Source of the DNA: Oscillospiraceae bacterium
GTDB lineage: Bacteria > Bacillota > Clostridia > Oscillospirales > Ruminococcaceae
Assembly (NCBI GenBank): GCA_020024185.1
Contig: JAHHUD010000001.1
Location: forward strand, 1 to 60,088
DNA: 60,088 bases
Direction: 5' to 3'
Below the pieces are notes generated by a model that was not told the origin of the DNA, searched no databases, and saw nothing but the letters and a program-made list of their open reading frames with translations. This document shows positions 9,620-18,484 of the stretch, one piece after another; positions within the stretch are counted from its first letter, which is position 1, and the number at the start of each line of letters is the position of its first letter. The translations under genes and the position numbers were made by a program.

Positions 9620-9648
9620 ATATTAACATATTTTAAACAAAACTTCAA
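9620..9648 (-). promoter_or_regulatory. Sigma-A type promoter of recA
   Basis: Minus strand TTGAAG (9643-9648), 17 nt, TAATAT (9620-9625). Confidence 0.55.
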
Positions 9649-9684
9649 GTATTAATTTAATTTTTATTATAATAAAATTGTTCT

Positions 9685-10521
9685 CTATATTTTCTGAACA
9701 ATAATACCTCTTGGGTTTTCACTTAAATCTATAATTTCTTTTATAACCTTATAGCCTTCAGCAATTAAAATATCTTTAACTTGCTTTTGTTGGTCAAATC
9801 CATATTCAAATATAAGAAATCCTTTATCTTTAAGTGCTTTTCTATAATATTTTGCGATAAAACGATAAAAATATAAGCCTTTATCATTTGCAAAAAGTGC
9901 CATTTCTGGCTCATATAATACTTCTTTTTGTAATTCTCCTTTTATAGACGGGTCTATATATGGAGGGTTTGAAATAATAACATCAAAGCTTTCTTCTTCA
10001 ATATTATCATCAAAACGCAAAATATCAGCCTGCATTGGCAAAATTTTTATACCGGTATTTTCAATATTTTGCTCAAGATACTTATATGCTTGTTCAGATT
10101 TTTCTATTGCAACTACGGACGAATGTGGACAGTATTTTTTGATTGCAAGAGCAATACAGCCACTTCCGCTGCATAAATCTAAAACAGCCGGAGCAACCAG
10201 TTTGTTTATCTGTTCAAATGCAGCTTCACAAACTGTTTCTGTATCTTGGCGTGGAATAAGCACACCTTCTCCAACAGATAATTCCAAATCAAAAAAGTAC
10301 CATTTACCGATTATGTACTGCAATGGATATCCTTCTAATCTCTTTTTTGATAAAGATATAAGTTTTTCATAATCTTTATCAGAAACATCTGTATGTAATA
10401 ATTCAATTCTCTTTTTACCCAAAACAAATTCTATAAGCTGGTTTGCTTCAAAATTAAAGTCACTGTTTGGATTTTGTGACATAATGTCACACATTTCTTT
10501 ATAAATATTTGATATTACCAT
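9685..10521 (-). CDS. prmC: Peptide chain release factor N5-glutamine methyltransferase
   Basis: SAM motif LDLCSGSGCIA and catalytic NPPY (IISNPPYI). HemK-like N-terminal domain. Confidence 0.9.
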   Translation of the reverse strand: MVISNIYKEMCDIMSQNPNSDFNFEANQLIEFVLGKKRIELLHTDVSDKDYEKLISLSKKRLEGYPLQYIIGKWYFFDLELSVGEGVLIPRQDTETVCEAAFEQINKLVAPAVLDLCSGSGCIALAIKKYCPHSSVVAIEKSEQAYKYLEQNIENTGIKILPMQADILRFDDNIEEESFDVIISNPPYIDPSIKGELQKEVLYEPEMALFANDKGLYFYRFIAKYYRKALKDKGFLIFEYGFDQQKQVKDILIAEGYKVIKEIIDLSENPRGIIVQKI

Positions 10522-11426
10522 TTATCATCTTCCTTAGAGGCTGGAATAACTGCTTTGATAGCTTCAATTGCAACTTCTATCATACTGTCGTCTGGTTCAA
10601 ATGTTGTAAAATTTTGAAAAAACATACCTGGTGACGCAATAAGGTGCGTAATAGGATTGTCATATCTTCCTGTAAGTTTAAGCACTTCATAAGAAACGCC
10701 AACAACTAGTGGTAAAAAAATCAATTTTAATATTACTCGTCCAAAAGTTGAGCTCCATGGAATAAATGAAAATATTATTATACTTATAACCACAACAATA
10801 AACAGAAAACTTGTCCCACAACGAGGATGCAAGCGAGAGTGTGGTCTTACATTTTCAACAGTAAGTTCTTCTCCTGCTTCATAACAAGCTATTGTTTTAT
10901 GTTCTGCTCCGTGATATGAGAACACTCTTTTTATTTCTTTCATATGAGAAATACCAAAAATATATAAAAAGAATATAGCAACTTTAATCACACCTTCAAC
11001 CACCGCTTTAAATGTCCCAAGCTCAATAAATTGTGCAATTAATCCAGTTATCATTGTCGGCAAAATCATAAATAAAACAATTGCCAACATTCCACCAAGT
11101 ACCCCTGCAATCATTGTTAAAGCATTTGTTGCCTTTTTACCAAATTTCTTTTCAATCCATATTTCAAATTTTGATGGTTCTTCATCAACCATTGCTATAT
11201 CAGCTGCTTTCATAAGACTGTTATAACCTGTAACAAGACTATCAAAAAATCCCCATATTCCCCTTAAAATTGGTATTTTGGATAGCTTGTTCTTTTTTGT
11301 ATTTTCTACGCTAACTTCTATTTTTCCGTCTGGTTTACGCACTGCAACCGAAGTTTTAAAAGGTCCTTTCATCATAATACCTTCTATAAGTGCCTGTCCA
11401 CCAATTGATGTTTTATGCTGTGCCAT
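10515..11426 (-). CDS. DUF1385-family membrane protein (YqhQ-like)
   Basis: Conserved HGAEHK motif and C-terminal TM helices. Typical position directly upstream of prmC. Confidence 0.8.
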   Translation of the reverse strand: MAQHKTSIGGQALIEGIMMKGPFKTSVAVRKPDGKIEVSVENTKKNKLSKIPILRGIWGFFDSLVTGYNSLMKAADIAMVDEEPSKFEIWIEKKFGKKATNALTMIAGVLGGMLAIVLFMILPTMITGLIAQFIELGTFKAVVEGVIKVAIFFLYIFGISHMKEIKRVFSYHGAEHKTIACYEAGEELTVENVRPHSRLHPRCGTSFLFIVVVISIIIFSFIPWSSTFGRVILKLIFLPLVVGVSYEVLKLTGRYDNPITHLIASPGMFFQNFTTFEPDDSMIEVAIEAIKAVIPASKEDDKW

Positions 11427-12844
11427 TATTTTCCTTTCATTGTGCGTACTACTTTTAACGTAAAGCTCATTTTTGTATATTTTGTATATTCACTTTCCAC
11501 ATTAAAACTTCCGCCGTGTTGTTTTATAATTTCATTTACCAAAGCAAGTCCTATACCGCTGCCCTGCTTTGCCCCTTTACCTTTATAAAATTTTTGTTTA
11601 ACTTTTTCTATATCCTCTGGATGTATGCCTTTGCCATAGTCTTTAACTTCAACAGTAACTGTACCGTTTTGCCTGTTGTTAAATATATTAATATCTATAT
11701 CTGAGTTTGGATATGAGTATTTAAGTGCATTATCCAAAAGATTAATCATAACTTGTTTTATTCTGCCTTTATCTGCAAGAACAGGTATAAAAATATCCGG
11801 TTCCTCAAAATTAATTTTTACATTTTTCTTTTCTGCCTGAGGTGCGTACATAATAACAGCTTCATACACTTCTGCAACAAGGTCAAGTTTTTCCTTTGTC
11901 AAAGACAACGTTGCATTTTGCAATCTTGAAAAATCCAAAAGATTTTCAACCATAGCAGATAGTCTATCTGTTTCTCCCAAAATAATCTGTGTACCTTTTT
12001 GTAATGTTTGTACATTATCAGTTGTATTCATGGTCTCTGCCCACCCCTTTATTGCTGTAAGAGGTGTGCGAAGTTCATGTGAAACAGAGGAAATAAATTC
12101 ATTTTTTAACTCATCACTTCTGCCAAGCTCTTGTGCCATATTATTTATGGTACTGCAAAGTTCTCCTATTTCCTGGTCATATTTTTTATTATTAGGAATT
12201 CTTGCGTCAAATTCACCTTTTGAAATTTTGTATGCTGTTTCTTTTATCAAATGTATCGGAGAAACAATACTTCTTACAAAAAAATAACCTGAAATCATGC
12301 TAAATGCTATAACCGCAGCAACTGCCAAAAGAGAAAAGCCCATTATAATATTTATTTCTTCTTCAACTCTTGTTAAAGAGGTTATTATTCTTACAGCATA
12401 AATATCTTCTGTTGGTTCATTGAGCAAATAAGTCACGCTCATAATTTTTTCTCTTATTTTTGATGAATATGTTTGTGTATGAAATTCTTCGTTGCTATTT
12501 ATTGCAAGGTTAAAATCTTCTGTATGTTGATTATCTGATGGCCTAAAACCTGATGAAGTGGCGACAACAAGCCCTGAACCATCAATAAGCATAAGTTCAA
12601 ACTTATCTTTTTCTCCAAACTCACTTGTTATATTAAAAAGCAATCTTTCTTTTTCACTGGAAATCATCTTTCCTGAAGCTCTCAGTGTTGCATTTATTGT
12701 GTTAAGACGATTTATAAGTGCATTTTCCACTGCAAGATGATATGAGTTTTTTAATGAAATAACCAAAATACTTTCTGCAATAACAAGTAAAGCAATAATA
12801 ATAAGCAAGCTACCTCTTATCCATCTTTTTGTAATACTGTTCAT
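11426..12844 (-). CDS. Sensor histidine kinase (two TM, extracytoplasmic loop, HAMP, HisKA, HATPase)
   Basis: H-box SHELRTPLTAI, N box LDNALKY, G boxes DYGKGI and GSGIGLAL. Two TM segments flank a sensor loop of ~130 aa. Confidence 0.92.
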   Translation of the reverse strand: MNSITKRWIRGSLLIIIALLVIAESILVISLKNSYHLAVENALINRLNTINATLRASGKMISSEKERLLFNITSEFGEKDKFELMLIDGSGLVVATSSGFRPSDNQHTEDFNLAINSNEEFHTQTYSSKIREKIMSVTYLLNEPTEDIYAVRIITSLTRVEEEINIIMGFSLLAVAAVIAFSMISGYFFVRSIVSPIHLIKETAYKISKGEFDARIPNNKKYDQEIGELCSTINNMAQELGRSDELKNEFISSVSHELRTPLTAIKGWAETMNTTDNVQTLQKGTQIILGETDRLSAMVENLLDFSRLQNATLSLTKEKLDLVAEVYEAVIMYAPQAEKKNVKINFEEPDIFIPVLADKGRIKQVMINLLDNALKYSYPNSDIDINIFNNRQNGTVTVEVKDYGKGIHPEDIEKVKQKFYKGKGAKQGSGIGLALVNEIIKQHGGSFNVESEYTKYTKMSFTLKVVRTMKGK

Positions 12845-12856
12845 ATTAACTCCTTT

Positions 12857-13549
12857 TTAAACAGTCCAACGGTAGCCATACCCCCAAACAGTAACAATAT
12901 ATTGTGGATTTGATGGGTCTTCTTCAATTTTTATGCGAAGTCTCCTTATATTTACATCAACAATTTTTACATCTCCATAATAGTTTTCGCCCCATACACC
13001 TTCAAGAATTTTTTCTCTAACAAGAGCAGTGCCTTCATTTCTGAAAAAAAGCTCCATTATACTAAATTCCATACTTGTAAGGTCTATAATCTCATTATTT
13101 TTATATAAAATATGGCTTTTAAGGTCTAGTGTAAACGGCCCAGACTGTATAACATCATCATTTTCAACTGTTGAGCTTGGACGCAAAACACGCCTCAAAA
13201 GAGATTCTACTCTTGCCAAAAGTTCTTGTACTCCAAATGGTTTTGTAACATAATCATCAGCTCCAACAGACAGGCTTATAACCTTGTCTCTTTCCTGACT
13301 TTTTGCAGATAACATTATAATCCCGATTTGATTATCATTTTTTCTTATACTTTCACATAAACTTATGCCATTCATACCTGGCAACATAATATCCAAAATT
13401 GCAACATCAAATTTTTCACCTAAGTTAATTGCTTCCATTGCACTTTCTGCATTTGTAAATCTTGTAACTGTATGTTGTGCCATCTTCAAATTAAGCTCAA
13501 CCATTTCACCAATATTATTTTCATCTTCTACTATTAGTATTTTTGCCAT
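12857..13549 (-). CDS. OmpR/PhoB-family response regulator
   Basis: Receiver domain (ILIVEDE, DIMLPGMNG, KP) plus winged-helix output (VDVNIRRLRIKIE...VWGYGYRW). Confidence 0.95.
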   Translation of the reverse strand: MAKILIVEDENNIGEMVELNLKMAQHTVTRFTNAESAMEAINLGEKFDVAILDIMLPGMNGISLCESIRKNDNQIGIIMLSAKSQERDKVISLSVGADDYVTKPFGVQELLARVESLLRRVLRPSSTVENDDVIQSGPFTLDLKSHILYKNNEIIDLTSMEFSIMELFFRNEGTALVREKILEGVWGENYYGDVKIVDVNIRRLRIKIEEDPSNPQYIVTVWGYGYRWTV

Positions 13550-13566
13550 GTTTTCCTCCCTTTGTG

Positions 13567-14832
13567 CTATTTCAAACTTATTATATTTTTCAAGATATAT
13601 TCTATTTGAATATTTTCAACTTCTTGTGAAAATTTTATACTCCAAAGTTTAGTACCAACTCTTGTAACACTTATATTATTTCCTAAATTTGATTCATCAC
13701 TTTCAATCGCAGTTCTAACATTTATAAGTGGTCTATTATCCTCGGCAGAATAAATATCAAAACTTTGGTCTCTGTAAATTGCATAAATATGATTTTGCCA
13801 TTCTTCAGGCAATGCTATAAACAGTCCAGACTGTGTATCACAAACTCCAAATTTCTTTTTCTTTGCCACACCTTCACTATAGTCTGTCCATTCAATATAT
13901 TTCATAACAGGGCGTGATTGTTCTTTTGAATCTTGTATAACAGTTGGAACTTCTATTATTCCGTCATTATCTATATCCACACTTAAAAGTGGCCATTCAT
14001 ATTCCCATGATTTTTCTATAATGTGATAGTCATAGTTAAAATTAATTTTACCGTTTTCAAAAGTACCTATTTCTGTATAAGTTTTGTTATAGCTATCTTT
14101 GTAGTCTATATAAATAGACATTTTTCTATTTGAATTTTTTGCAAATTTAATTTGAGTTACTTCTATGTTTGAACGAGATAAATTCCTTGCAATAACTTGT
14201 TCAAATTTTTCATGCCCGTCAAACTTTAAAACTCTAAGCTTTTTTTGACCATCTGCCATCTGATTTGTAATAATTATTTCTTTATTCCCGTCATTAGTAA
14301 CATCTTCGGCAACTATGCTTTTACAACTTTCAACAAAGTCCGGAATATTTACACTTCTGTCTGTAAAGTACGTAACAACAAAATTCTCTTTTATTGTAGG
14401 TGTTGTGTAACCAACAATAAAATGACTTCCATTTAGATTTTCAAGGCTTGTTTTATCAAAAAAGAACACATCTGTGCCAAGCCCCTCTTTATCCATTATA
14501 ACATTCCATTTATCTGATGTTTGTGCAAGCAAGGCTATTCTTACATTTGCCCCTTTATTTGGTGCATAATAAAAAGCCACCGCCTCTTTTTGTTGATTAT
14601 TATCTATATCTATAAACTGCACCGGTGAGGTATATCCCAAAGACTGAGAATATCTAAGTGTTATATTTTCGCCAAGATAAGTTTTTATCGCTTCTATAAC
14701 ACTTGCTTCTTCTTGAGAAATAACAGGAGCAGAAAGAAGCTCTGTAATATTATTTTTGCTTGAAAATGTTGCACATCCGGTTAAAGATATTAAGACACAT
14801 ATAAGTATCAATAATTTTTTTATATTTATCAC
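13567..14832 (-). CDS. Lipoprotein of unknown function with FG-GAP/VCBS-like DxDNDG motifs
   Basis: Signal peptide with lipobox LISLTGC. Three motifs DIDNNQQKE, DVTNDGNKE and DIDNDGIIE spaced ~100 aa apart. GTG start without a clear RBS, so the start is uncertain. Confidence 0.7.
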   Translation of the reverse strand: MINIKKLLILICVLISLTGCATFSSKNNITELLSAPVISQEEASVIEAIKTYLGENITLRYSQSLGYTSPVQFIDIDNNQQKEAVAFYYAPNKGANVRIALLAQTSDKWNVIMDKEGLGTDVFFFDKTSLENLNGSHFIVGYTTPTIKENFVVTYFTDRSVNIPDFVESCKSIVAEDVTNDGNKEIIITNQMADGQKKLRVLKFDGHEKFEQVIARNLSRSNIEVTQIKFAKNSNRKMSIYIDYKDSYNKTYTEIGTFENGKINFNYDYHIIEKSWEYEWPLLSVDIDNDGIIEVPTVIQDSKEQSRPVMKYIEWTDYSEGVAKKKKFGVCDTQSGLFIALPEEWQNHIYAIYRDQSFDIYSAEDNRPLINVRTAIESDESNLGNNISVTRVGTKLWSIKFSQEVENIQIEYILKNIISLK

Positions 14833-14863
14833 TCCATTAAAATATATATAGTATATTTTACCA

Positions 14864-15619
14864 CTAAATTATGAACATTCCAAGACACATTACAATAACC
14901 CCAAATAAAACACCTATAAATACATCTTTATATCTTGCAAATTTAGCCCCTGTTGGTATTAGTTGGCATATAGACGCTTGAACCATAATACCAGAAATTA
15001 TTGCAAGCAATCCATTTATAAAACTTTCACTTATAAAGCTGTGAAAAAGTCCAAGTGCAAGCACGCCTCCAAACAGTTCTGCAAAACCTGTAAATAAACT
15101 TTGAAAAAACGCTTTGCTTTTTGATTTTGTCACATATAATACAGGCGCTGCAACGGCTATACCTTCCGGCAAATTATGTAAAGCAATTGCCAATGCCATT
15201 GACAGTCCAAATCGTGGATTATTTATCCCGGAAAAAATAGTCAACACCCCTTCTGGAAGGTTATGCAAAATAATAACTGCCGTTGTTATAAAAATAAGTT
15301 TTTTGGCTGTATAAATTTGTCCTTTTTCATCTTTTTGGGTTGGAACTACCAATGCCTCAATTAACACACCAATAACCCAACCGGAAATAAATAATCCTAT
15401 AATTCCTGCAATTGCATAAGATTTTTCCATATATTTTATAGAATTATTATAACAATGAGGAATCATATCCAAAAAAGATACAGCAAGCATAACGCCACCT
15501 GCAAATCCCTGACACATAGACATTGTCTTATCTGATATTTTCTTAAACAAAATAACAATTAATCCACCAATTGCAGTTGCAAGGGACGCAAATGTACATA
15601 AAAAAATCGGATACCACAT
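14864..15619 (-). CDS. zupT: ZIP-family divalent metal (zinc) transporter
   Basis: Eight-TM-type protein of 251 aa with duplicated HNLPEG motifs, characteristic of ZupT/ZIP. Confidence 0.85.
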   Translation of the reverse strand: MWYPIFLCTFASLATAIGGLIVILFKKISDKTMSMCQGFAGGVMLAVSFLDMIPHCYNNSIKYMEKSYAIAGIIGLFISGWVIGVLIEALVVPTQKDEKGQIYTAKKLIFITTAVIILHNLPEGVLTIFSGINNPRFGLSMALAIALHNLPEGIAVAAPVLYVTKSKSKAFFQSLFTGFAELFGGVLALGLFHSFISESFINGLLAIISGIMVQASICQLIPTGAKFARYKDVFIGVLFGVIVMCLGMFII

Positions 15620-15805
15620 ATAAACACCTTCTTTAAAACAATTTATACATATATATTAAGATTTTATTTGTAAAATTGCTTTTTTATTTTATTTGACATT
15701 TTCACACATTTTTTATTATACACAGTATTAATTTTCATTACCACTTAATATTACTTAGTAATGGTGATAATATAGTTACACAAAACACATTTAAGTAGTT
15801 TTCAA

Positions 15806-16086
15806 ATGAATACACAATTAAAAAAGGTGTGTTAGAACTTATTGTCCTCACTGTAATAAGTAAAGAAGATAAATACGGTTATCAACTTGTCAGTGAAGTA
15901 ATCAAAATTGTAGATGTTAATGAGGATACTATTTATCCCCTTTTAAAAAGACTTACAAATGATAAATATTGTGAAATATACATTTTACTTTATGCCGACT
16001 CTCTTAAAAAAATCTTACCAGAAATTTATTCTATGTTTGTTTTTAATAATTACACATTTAGCTTTCTCAGTAAACAATTCATTTAA
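15806..16086 (+). pseudogene. PadR-like transcriptional regulator. The natural ATG is out of frame at an A6 tract (frameshift, or a weak GTG start at 15829).
   Basis: The track ORF (15829-16086) encodes the PadR wHTH LELIVLTVISKEDKYGYQL...TIYPLLKRL. ATG 15806 reads MNTQLKKVC-stop. One more A in the run at 15820-15825 would give MNTQLKKGVLELIVL, a typical PadR N-terminus. Confidence 0.55.
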
Positions 16087-16126
16087 TTTATGATAACGAA
16101 AATATAAAAAATAATAGTTATAATAC

Positions 16127-16158
16127 AAAAACAGCAGTCAGAATATGGCTGCTGTTTT
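16127..16158. terminator. Bidirectional terminator between the convergent padR-like and kinase genes
   Basis: AAAAACAGCAG ... CTGCTGTTTT stem flanked by an A-run and a T-run. Confidence 0.6.
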
Positions 16159-16188
16159 AATATTATTATATTTGACTTGTATTTTTTA

Positions 16189-17613
16189 TTACATTTCAAA
16201 CCAGAACTCAGTTCCAAGCCCTTCCTGACTGTTTACACCATACTCAAAGTTATGATTTTCCAATATAGCTTTTACAATAGAAAGTCCAAGTCCTGACCCT
16301 GTACGTCCCTCATCTTTTCTTGCTCGGTAATATTTATCAAATATATACTTAATATCTTCTTGTTTTATGCCGTTACCGGAATCATACACACTTACCTTTA
16401 CTTTTCCGTTTTCAAGTATTTTTATTGCAACGGTAACCCTTGTGTTAACCGGAGTATGCAACAGAGCATTTGACACAAAGTTGTGGATAACTCTTTCCAT
16501 AAGCTGTGCGTCAGCAAAAACATAAGCTGTTTCTGGGCCTGAATAAGCAATTGATTTATTTTCTGTTTCTGCTTTATGAGAATATGTGTCAACTATATCC
16601 TGACACATTTCTGCAATATCAAACTGCACAATATTCATTTTATATGCACCTTGATTAAGTTTTGCATATTCAAGAACAGAGCCAACCATATTTGATAATC
16701 TATCTGTTTCATCAATAATTGTTGTAAGTTGTTGGTCTCTTATTTCTTTATTATCTCCAGTTATATCCTTTATGCTTTCTGCATAGCCTTTAATTATTGT
16801 AAGTGGAGTTCTTAAGTCATGGGAAATACTTGCAATAAGTTCTTTTTGCAAATTTTGACTTCTCTCTATTTCTTCCGTCATAAAGTTAAAATCTTTTACA
16901 AGATGCCCAAGTTCATCTTCACTTTTAAGGTCAACTTTAACATCATAGTTACCTTTTGCAACTTCTTTTGTTGCATTTGACAGTTTCATAATAGGTTTCA
17001 AAAACCAGTTTGACGCAACAGCAGTAAAAATAATTGCAATAAATACTGCTATAATCGAGCCTGTCTGTAATTGAGTTGTAACAATGGAAACAATAGAATC
17101 TGTTCTGCTTATATTTGTAGAAACAATTATAGTATATGTTTCACCATAAAATCTGCCTTTTATAGCCTGACGATTTCCAAATTCATCAACAAGATGTATA
17201 TTATAATTTGTTCTGGTACTATTTCTTACATCTTGTCTCAATTTTTTTGCTTGAGCTGAATCTATGGTTCTTTGTTGTATAAGATATTTGGTAGTTTCTT
17301 TTGCTCCATGCAGTTGACAAGCATCACCAATACCTTCAAACAAAACTATGCCATTTCCGTCTTTATCTGCAATTTCAATACATACACCAGCATTTATAAA
17401 TCCAGATATCTGGTTTAGAGTATTTTCAGTAAAAGCACCATCTTTGTCTATTGCTGCAACAACTTTATCCATCATATTTCCAAGCTCTGACTGAGTCATT
17501 GTGTAGTACATTGGTTTAAAAAGTATTACAGCCATAAGCCACATAAATATAATAACAATCATACTTATTGACAACATCAGCATTGTAAGTTTTGCTCTGA
17601 TACTGGTTTTCAT
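16189..17613 (-). CDS. Sensor histidine kinase (second two-component system)
   Basis: H-box SHDLRTPLTII, N box SNALLHT, G boxes DSGNGI and GSGLGLSI. Two TM segments flank a loop of ~150 aa. HAMP present. Confidence 0.92.
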   Translation of the reverse strand: MKTSIRAKLTMLMLSISMIVIIFMWLMAVILFKPMYYTMTQSELGNMMDKVVAAIDKDGAFTENTLNQISGFINAGVCIEIADKDGNGIVLFEGIGDACQLHGAKETTKYLIQQRTIDSAQAKKLRQDVRNSTRTNYNIHLVDEFGNRQAIKGRFYGETYTIIVSTNISRTDSIVSIVTTQLQTGSIIAVFIAIIFTAVASNWFLKPIMKLSNATKEVAKGNYDVKVDLKSEDELGHLVKDFNFMTEEIERSQNLQKELIASISHDLRTPLTIIKGYAESIKDITGDNKEIRDQQLTTIIDETDRLSNMVGSVLEYAKLNQGAYKMNIVQFDIAEMCQDIVDTYSHKAETENKSIAYSGPETAYVFADAQLMERVIHNFVSNALLHTPVNTRVTVAIKILENGKVKVSVYDSGNGIKQEDIKYIFDKYYRARKDEGRTGSGLGLSIVKAILENHNFEYGVNSQEGLGTEFWFEM

Positions 17614-17628
17614 ATTATAAAAATTCCT

Positions 17629-18306
17629 TTATTCCTTTGGTTCAAATTTATATCCAACACCCCAAACAGTTTCAATGCAGTCACGATATTCTTTAAGGTG
17701 ACTACGCAACATTTTTATATGTGTATCAACTGTTCTATCTTCACCAAAGTAGTCATAGTTCCATACTTTAAGCAAAATTCTTTCTCTTGAGAGTGCAACA
17801 CCTTTATTTTGTACAAGACAAACTAAAAGGTCAAATTCTTTTGGTGTAACATTTATATATTCACCTTTTATTTTAATACTGTGGCTTGGCACATCTATAA
17901 CTAAATCTCCAAAAATATATTTTTCAGTATTTTCTGTCATTTCTGGATTGGAACGCATAGCAACAGCTTTAACTCTTGCCATAAGTTCTTTTGGAGAGAA
18001 TGGTTTTACAATATAATCGTCTGTACCAGCTTCAAAACCTGTGATTTTGTCATATTCTTCACCTTTTGCAGAAAGAATAATAACCGGTGTTTTAAATCCA
18101 CGTCCACGCATTTCTTTAAGACAAGTAATACCGTCCATAAAAGGCATCATAACATCAAGAATACACATATCAATATCGCCTTTTGAGATAATATTAAGTG
18201 CCTCTATGCCGTCTTTTGCAAAATCAGTTTCATAACCTGCAACTGTAAGATACTGCCCAATAAGTTCTCTTATCTTTGGTTCATCATCAACAACTAATAT
18301 TTTCAT
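17629..18306 (-). CDS. OmpR/PhoB-family response regulator (second system)
   Basis: Receiver (ILVVDDEP, DVMMPFMDG, KPF) and winged helix (VDTHIKMLRSHL...VWGVGYKF). Confidence 0.95.
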   Translation of the reverse strand: MKILVVDDEPKIRELIGQYLTVAGYETDFAKDGIEALNIISKGDIDMCILDVMMPFMDGITCLKEMRGRGFKTPVIILSAKGEEYDKITGFEAGTDDYIVKPFSPKELMARVKAVAMRSNPEMTENTEKYIFGDLVIDVPSHSIKIKGEYINVTPKEFDLLVCLVQNKGVALSRERILLKVWNYDYFGEDRTVDTHIKMLRSHLKEYRDCIETVWGVGYKFEPKE

Positions 18307-18366
18307 AATCTCGAACCTTTCTATATTACTATTTATAAATTTTATTGTTATTTATATTATTTTGCT

Positions 18367-18398
18367 ATTATACAACTTAATATAACTTGCATAAGTTA
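18367..18398 (-). promoter_or_regulatory. TATAAT -10 element abutted by three hexamers phased at exactly 10 bp (candidate response-regulator site)
   Basis: Plus strand: ATTATA (18367-18372, TATAAT on minus), CAACTT (18373-18378), TAACTT (18383-18388), AAGTTA (18393-18398). The -35 position reads CTTATG, a poor match. Confidence 0.4.
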
Positions 18399-18450
18399 CA
18401 ATTTTGTGAAAATGTGAAAATTTTTATGGTATTGACAAATATATATAATA

Positions 18451-18481
18451 AAAGGTCTGACATATATTTAGTCAGACCTTT
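18451..18481 (-). terminator. Hairpin terminator after the DEAD-box helicase gene
   Basis: AAAGGTCTGAC / GTCAGACCTTT 11-bp perfect stem with a 9-nt loop. Only a weak U-rich tail on the minus strand. Confidence 0.5.
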
Positions 18482-18484
18482 ACT

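Noticed and set aside
9610-9626. 17-nt string GTTGTTAAATATATTAA upstream of recA, repeated exactly at 11674-11690
   Set aside because: The second copy lies inside the histidine kinase coding region. A single 17-mer match in AT-rich sequence of this length is about what chance would give, and there is no flanking similarity.
9668-9684. GAAC half-site (GAGAACAATTTTAT on the minus strand) as a possible Cheo/LexA box for recA
   Set aside because: Only the left half, GAAC, is present, and there is no GTTC four bases away. It also lies upstream of the -35, abutting the prmC stop.
15700-15790. Possible Zur or PadR operator upstream of zupT (CATTAC...GTAATG and ACTTA repeats)
   Set aside because: It contains only a 6-bp inverted repeat with a 16-nt spacer. 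It does not match the Firmicute Zur box as I remember it, so I cannot support a call.
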